A DNA stretch of 64,000 bases from contig CAVXJS010000008.1 in NCBI GenBank assembly GCA_963762145.1, forward strand, positions 64,001 through 128,000. The letters run 5' to 3'. Positions 59,631-64,000 of this stretch are shown in pieces. The DNA comes from an uncultured Candidatus Rokubacteria bacterium (lineage in GTDB: Bacteria; Methylomirabilota; Methylomirabilia; Rokubacteriales; CSP1-6). Within the stretch, counting starts at the first letter, position 1, and every line of letters begins with the position of its first letter. A program made the translations under genes and the position numbers. The notes beneath the pieces were generated by a model. That model saw only the letters and a list, made by a program, of their open reading frames with translations. It was not told where the DNA came from and did not search any database.

Positions 59631-60434
59631 ATGCCCAAGCGCGTCGAGGGGAAGGCGGCCATCGTCGTCGGAGGCGGCCAGACCCCGGGTCAGACGGTCG
59701 GCAACGGGCGAGCCACCGCCATCGTGCTGGGCCGGGAAGGCGCGCAGGTCTGCGTGGTGGACCGCGAGCTGCCCTCGGCCCAGGAGACGGTGGACCTCAT
59801 CAAGAAGGAAGGCGGCCAGGCCTGGGCCTTCGCGGCCGACGTCACCCGCGAGGAGGACGTCAAGCGCCTGATCGCAGCCGTCTTCGCGAAGACCACACGG
59901 ATCGACATCCTGCACAACAACGTGGGCGCGAGCCTGGCCCTGGGCGACGCGGTGGCCACCGATCTCACCGAGGAAGCCTTCGACCGGAGCCTCGCGGTCA
60001 ACCTGAAGGCCACCTGGCTCACGTGCAAGCACGCCCTGCCCGCGCTGCGGGACGCGCACGGCTCCATCGTGAACATCGCGTCCATGGCCGCGCTGAACGC
60101 CTACCCGCTGGTGGGCTACAAGACCACCAAGGCCGCGGTTGTCGCGTTCACCGAGAACCTGGCCGCCCACAACGCGAAGTACGGCGTGCGCGCCAACTCG
60201 ATCCTCCCCGGTCTGATGAACACCCCGATGGCGATCGAGTCGCGCGTGGCCGCCGGCACGCCGCGCGAAGAGGTGATCGCCGCGCGCGACCGGCGGGTCC
60301 CGCTCGGCCACCGCATGGGCACCGGCTGGGACGTGGCGAACGCGGCGCTGTTCCTGCACTCCGAGGAGGCCGGCTTCATCACCGGGGTCTCGCTCATCGT
60401 GGACGGCGGCGAGAGCGTGAGCTGGGGCTCCTGA
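59631..60434 (+). CDS. SDR family oxidoreductase
   Basis: GGGQ..GNGRA, HNNVG, YKTTK, RANSILPG, ITG..VDGG. Confidence 0.92.
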   Translation: MPKRVEGKAAIVVGGGQTPGQTVGNGRATAIVLGREGAQVCVVDRELPSAQETVDLIKKEGGQAWAFAADVTREEDVKRLIAAVFAKTTRIDILHNNVGASLALGDAVATDLTEEAFDRSLAVNLKATWLTCKHALPALRDAHGSIVNIASMAALNAYPLVGYKTTKAAVVAFTENLAAHNAKYGVRANSILPGLMNTPMAIESRVAAGTPREEVIAARDRRVPLGHRMGTGWDVANAALFLHSEEAGFITGVSLIVDGGESVSWGS

Positions 60435-61234
60435 TGGCCGCGCCTCCCCTGCCCGAGAACGCCTACCGCGCGCGCGCCGAGCGCGGGGAAATTCAGTTGG
60501 GCACCTGGATCACCCTGATCCGCACGCCCAGCGTGCTTACGTTGCTCCAGACCGCCGGCCTCGACTACGCCCGGCTCGATCTCGAGCACTCCGCGTTCTC
60601 GATCGAGACGGTGGCCGACATGGCCGCCCTCGCGCGCGCGCTCAACTTTCCTCTGGTGGTCCGGCCGCCCGACGGCAATCGCGAGTGGATCACGCGGCTG
60701 CTCGACGCGGGGGTGTGGAACCTCCACATCCCCCAGGTCGAGTCGGCGGAGCAGGCGGCGGCGGTGGTGGCGGCCACCCGCTACGCGCCCCTCGGCTCGC
60801 GCGGCATGTACGGCTCGGGCCCCCACACCGGCTTCCACGCGCGCCCGGCCGCCGAGCACCTGGCGACCGCCAACGCCCGCGTGCACGTCACCGCGATGCT
60901 CGAGAGCAAGCACGCCTTCGACCGGCTCGACGAGATCGCGGCGGTGCCCGGCATCGACGCGCTCACCATCGGTCCCACCGACCTGTCGCAGGACCTGGGC
61001 GTGCTGGGCACCCCGGCCCAGGCCCAGGTTCTCCGTGAGCACCGCGTCCGCCTGGGCGAGGCCGCGCGCAAGCACGGCAAGACGGTGGCGATGGCGGTGG
61101 ACACGATCGAGGCGGTGCGCGAGGTGATCGCGCTGGGCGCCACCATCATCAACTACTCGTCCGACACGAACGTGCTCCGCTCCACCTACGCGGCCGCGGT
61201 CGCGCAGATCCGTACCCCAAAGGAGACGTCATGA
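60434..61234 (+). CDS. HpcH/HpaI aldolase family protein
   Basis: DLEH, VVRPP, LLDAG, RYAPLGSRG, MLES, IGPTDLS. Confidence 0.9.
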   Translation: MAAPPLPENAYRARAERGEIQLGTWITLIRTPSVLTLLQTAGLDYARLDLEHSAFSIETVADMAALARALNFPLVVRPPDGNREWITRLLDAGVWNLHIPQVESAEQAAAVVAATRYAPLGSRGMYGSGPHTGFHARPAAEHLATANARVHVTAMLESKHAFDRLDEIAAVPGIDALTIGPTDLSQDLGVLGTPAQAQVLREHRVRLGEAARKHGKTVAMAVDTIEAVREVIALGATIINYSSDTNVLRSTYAAAVAQIRTPKETS

Positions 61235-62874
61235 AGATCAAGGCCGTCAACGGCTTCGCGCGCATCCTCAAGTCCGAAGGCACCCCGTGGGTGAGCTGCT
61301 ACCCGACGAGCCCGGTCAACAACGCGCTCGGCGAGGAAGGCATGCCGATCCTGATGATGGGCGAGGAGCGCTTCGCGGTCGCGGTGGCCGACAGCTTCTC
61401 GCGCGTGACCAACGGCAAGCAGATCGGGGTGTGCACGGTCATGGCCGGCCTCAACGCGGCGGGCATCCAGATGGCCTTCGGCGCCATCGCGCAGGCGTGG
61501 GAGGACTCCTCCCCGCTGCTGGTGATCGCGGAGGGCCTGGGCGTGGGGGCCAGCCGCCACACCCACTTCGACATGGCGGAGGCCTTCAAGCCGGTCACCA
61601 AGTGGGTCGGCAAGGTGGACCGGGCCGATCTCATCCCGGAGTACACGCGCCGCGCCTACACCCACCTCCGCTCCGGCCGGCCGGGCCCGGTGCTGCTGCT
61701 GATCCCGCGCGATCTGGGCGAGTACGACGCGGACGAGCATCCCTACTCGCCGGTGAAGGGCTGGCGCACCGGTCCCGATCCGGACGACGTCAAGTCGGCC
61801 ATCCGCGCGCTGCTCTCGGCCAAGGATCCCCTGCTCCACATCGGCGAGGGCGTCTGCTACGCGGACGCGGCGGCCGAGCTGCTCCAGTTCGCGGAGGCGG
61901 CCCAGATCCCGGTGATGACCACGCTCAAGGCCAAGGGCGTTTTCCCGGAGAACCACCCGCTGTCCATCGGCGTGCGCGGCTCGATGGTCGATCACTTCCT
62001 GCGCAAGTGCGACCTGCTCTTCTCGGTCGGCTCGAGCCTCTTCCCCGGCCGCTTCAGCCACACGGTGCCGGACGCCCACAAGAAGACCATCGTGCAGTGC
62101 ACGGTGGACACGCTCGACATCAACCGCAGCTACGAGACCCGGCACGCGGTGATCGGCGACGCCAAGCTCACGCTCCAGGCCCTGGCGGACGAGCTCCAGG
62201 CCAAGGGCGCGCGCAAGAAGCCGGAGGTGCTGGAGGAGATCCGGGGGCAGCGGCAGATCTTCAAGGACAAGTTCCGCCCGTGGCTCGAGTCCAACGAGAC
62301 GCCGATCAATCCCTATCGCGTCTTCGGCGACCTGGCGAAGGTCCTCGATCCCAAGCACTCGTTCCTGACCGCGGACTCCGGCAACACGCGCGACCAGACC
62401 AGCACCGTCTACGAAGCCCAGATCCCGCGCGGCTATCTCGGGTGGGGCAACGTCTCCACGCTCGGCTTCAGCCTGGCCGGCGCGGTGGCGGCCAAGCTCG
62501 CCTACCCGCAGCGGCAGTGCGTGCTGGTGACCGGTGACGCGGGCGTCTGCTACATGATGGGCAACTTCGAGGCGGTCGCGCGTTACAAGATCGGCATCAC
62601 CACCATCCACATCAACAACGGGGGCTACTCGGGCTACGGCCCCGGCTTCTGGGGCGAGGGCCACGATCCCTACACCTGGAAGGTGTCCGACCACGGCAAC
62701 GCGTGCATGGCGAGCATGGCCCGCGCGGTCGGCTTCCACGGCGAGGACGTGACCGAGCCCGCCGAGATCATCCCCGCGCTCAAGCGCGCCTTCGACGAGA
62801 ACGCCAAGGGCCGCCCCGCGTTCGTGGAGTTCATCTCCTCGCATCACCCGGTGCACGGCGGCTGGGTGCGGTGA
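61231..62874 (+). CDS. TPP-binding enzyme (acetolactate synthase-like)
   Basis: EERFAVAVAD, GRPGPVLL, GDAG...NNGG. Confidence 0.88.
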   Translation: MKIKAVNGFARILKSEGTPWVSCYPTSPVNNALGEEGMPILMMGEERFAVAVADSFSRVTNGKQIGVCTVMAGLNAAGIQMAFGAIAQAWEDSSPLLVIAEGLGVGASRHTHFDMAEAFKPVTKWVGKVDRADLIPEYTRRAYTHLRSGRPGPVLLLIPRDLGEYDADEHPYSPVKGWRTGPDPDDVKSAIRALLSAKDPLLHIGEGVCYADAAAELLQFAEAAQIPVMTTLKAKGVFPENHPLSIGVRGSMVDHFLRKCDLLFSVGSSLFPGRFSHTVPDAHKKTIVQCTVDTLDINRSYETRHAVIGDAKLTLQALADELQAKGARKKPEVLEEIRGQRQIFKDKFRPWLESNETPINPYRVFGDLAKVLDPKHSFLTADSGNTRDQTSTVYEAQIPRGYLGWGNVSTLGFSLAGAVAAKLAYPQRQCVLVTGDAGVCYMMGNFEAVARYKIGITTIHINNGGYSGYGPGFWGEGHDPYTWKVSDHGNACMASMARAVGFHGEDVTEPAEIIPALKRAFDENAKGRPAFVEFISSHHPVHGGWVR

Positions 62875-64000
62875 TGGCCCCCGGCCGGGCCGCCGAGATC
62901 GATCCGTTCGCGAGCGCGACCACGCTCCTGTCCGCGCTGCGCCGGGGCTCGATCGGCGCGGCGGAGCTGACCGAGCTCTACATCCGCCGCATCGAGCGGC
63001 ACGACGGCCGGCTCAACGCGGTGGTGGTTCGCGACTTCGACCGCGCCCGCCAGCAGGCGAAGGCGGCCGACCAGGCGCGGGGCCGCAACGAGACGAAGCC
63101 GCTCCTCGGGCTGCCGATGACGCTCAAGGAGTCCATCAATGTCACCGGGCTCGGGACCACCTGCGGCGTCCCGGACTGGAAGGGCTACGTCTCCCCGCAC
63201 GACGGCGCCGCCGCCGCCCGCACCCGCGGGGCCGGCGCGGTGCTGCTCGGCAAGACCAATGTGCCGCCCATGCTCGCCGACTGGCAGTCGGCGAACCCGG
63301 TCTTCGGGCGCACCAGCAACCCGTGGGACCTGGGCCGGACGCCCGGCGGGAGCAGCGGCGGCAGCGCGGCGGCTCTCGCGTCGGGATTGACCGCCTTGGA
63401 AGTCGGCTCGGACATCGGCGGCTCCATCCGCGTGCCCGCCGTCTTCTGCGGCGTCTACGGCCATCGCCCGAGCGAGACCCTGCTGCCGCGCAGCGGCCAG
63501 TTCCCGATGCCGCCGATGCCCAACCCGGCCGTGGTGATGGGCGTGCAGGGCCCGCTCGCCCGCAGCGCGGAGGATCTCGAGCTGGCCCTCTCGGTCCTGG
63601 CCGGCCCCGACGTGGGCGAGGACGTGGCGTGGACGGTCGCGCTGCCCCCCGCCCGCCGGGAGAAGCTGGCCGACTTCCGCGTGGCGGTGCTGCCGCCGGT
63701 CCCGTGGCATCCGGTGGACGAGCAGATCTGGGCCGCCCAGGAGGATCTCGTGGCGCGCCTCGGCAAGCTGGGCTGCGTGGTCAAGGAGGCGCAGCCCGAG
63801 GGCCTCGGCGACCACCGCGAGTACCACGGCTTCTACCGCACCCTGCTCGCCGCGATCACGGGCGCGCGCATGGACGCGGAGACCCGGCGGCAGCGCGCGG
63901 CCATGTTTCGCGCCGTCGGCGACGATCTGTCCATCGCCCACGCGCGCGGCTTCGAGGGATCGGCGGGAGATTTTCTCCTCTGGCACGGCCGGCGAGAGCA
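62874..64000 (+). CDS. Amidase-signature family protein (runs off the window; absent from the ORF track)
   Basis: Manual translation: MAPGRAAEIDPFASA...LNAVVVRDF..LKES..GKTNVP..PGGSSGGSAAA..GSDIGGSIRVPA. Confidence 0.9.
   Translation, partial: MAPGRAAEIDPFASATTLLSALRRGSIGAAELTELYIRRIERHDGRLNAVVVRDFDRARQQAKAADQARGRNETKPLLGLPMTLKESINVTGLGTTCGVPDWKGYVSPHDGAAAARTRGAGAVLLGKTNVPPMLADWQSANPVFGRTSNPWDLGRTPGGSSGGSAAALASGLTALEVGSDIGGSIRVPAVFCGVYGHRPSETLLPRSGQFPMPPMPNPAVVMGVQGPLARSAEDLELALSVLAGPDVGEDVAWTVALPPARREKLADFRVAVLPPVPWHPVDEQIWAAQEDLVARLGKLGCVVKEAQPEGLGDHREYHGFYRTLLAAITGARMDAETRRQRAAMFRAVGDDLSIAHARGFEGSAGDFLLWHGRRE

Overview
High-GC (about 70%) bacterial chromosomal window with no rRNA, tRNA, CRISPR array, transposase or integrase visible. 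The gene content includes many LLM monooxygenases, family-III CoA-transferases, amidohydrolases, orphan solute-binding proteins, PF04392-type ABC binding proteins, a multi-GAF kinase and a cyclase-STAND-TPR protein. This resembles Candidatus Rokubacteria/Methylomirabilota (inference only). Indels cluster at about 1-6 kb, 20-23 kb and 48.8-52.7 kb, consistent with an imperfectly polished long-read assembly, so several split or fused ORFs were re-joined by eye. Highlights: (1) a hidden PrdB/GrdB-like selenoprotein (7617-8810) with in-frame UGA in a U-x-x-C motif, an adjacent SECIS-like hairpin and an extra C-terminal domain, with no PrdA in the window; (2) an ~8-kb, 12-GAF hybrid histidine kinase feeding a REC protein and a DHp-REC-cyclase; (3) a lower-GC islet of tandem PF04392 binding-protein genes, a remnant copy, orphan genes and an uncalled Zn-ribbon microprotein; (4) two kinds of intergenic palindromes; (5) candidate bidirectional and leaderless promoters; (6) two in-frame TAG codons at Trp-like positions.
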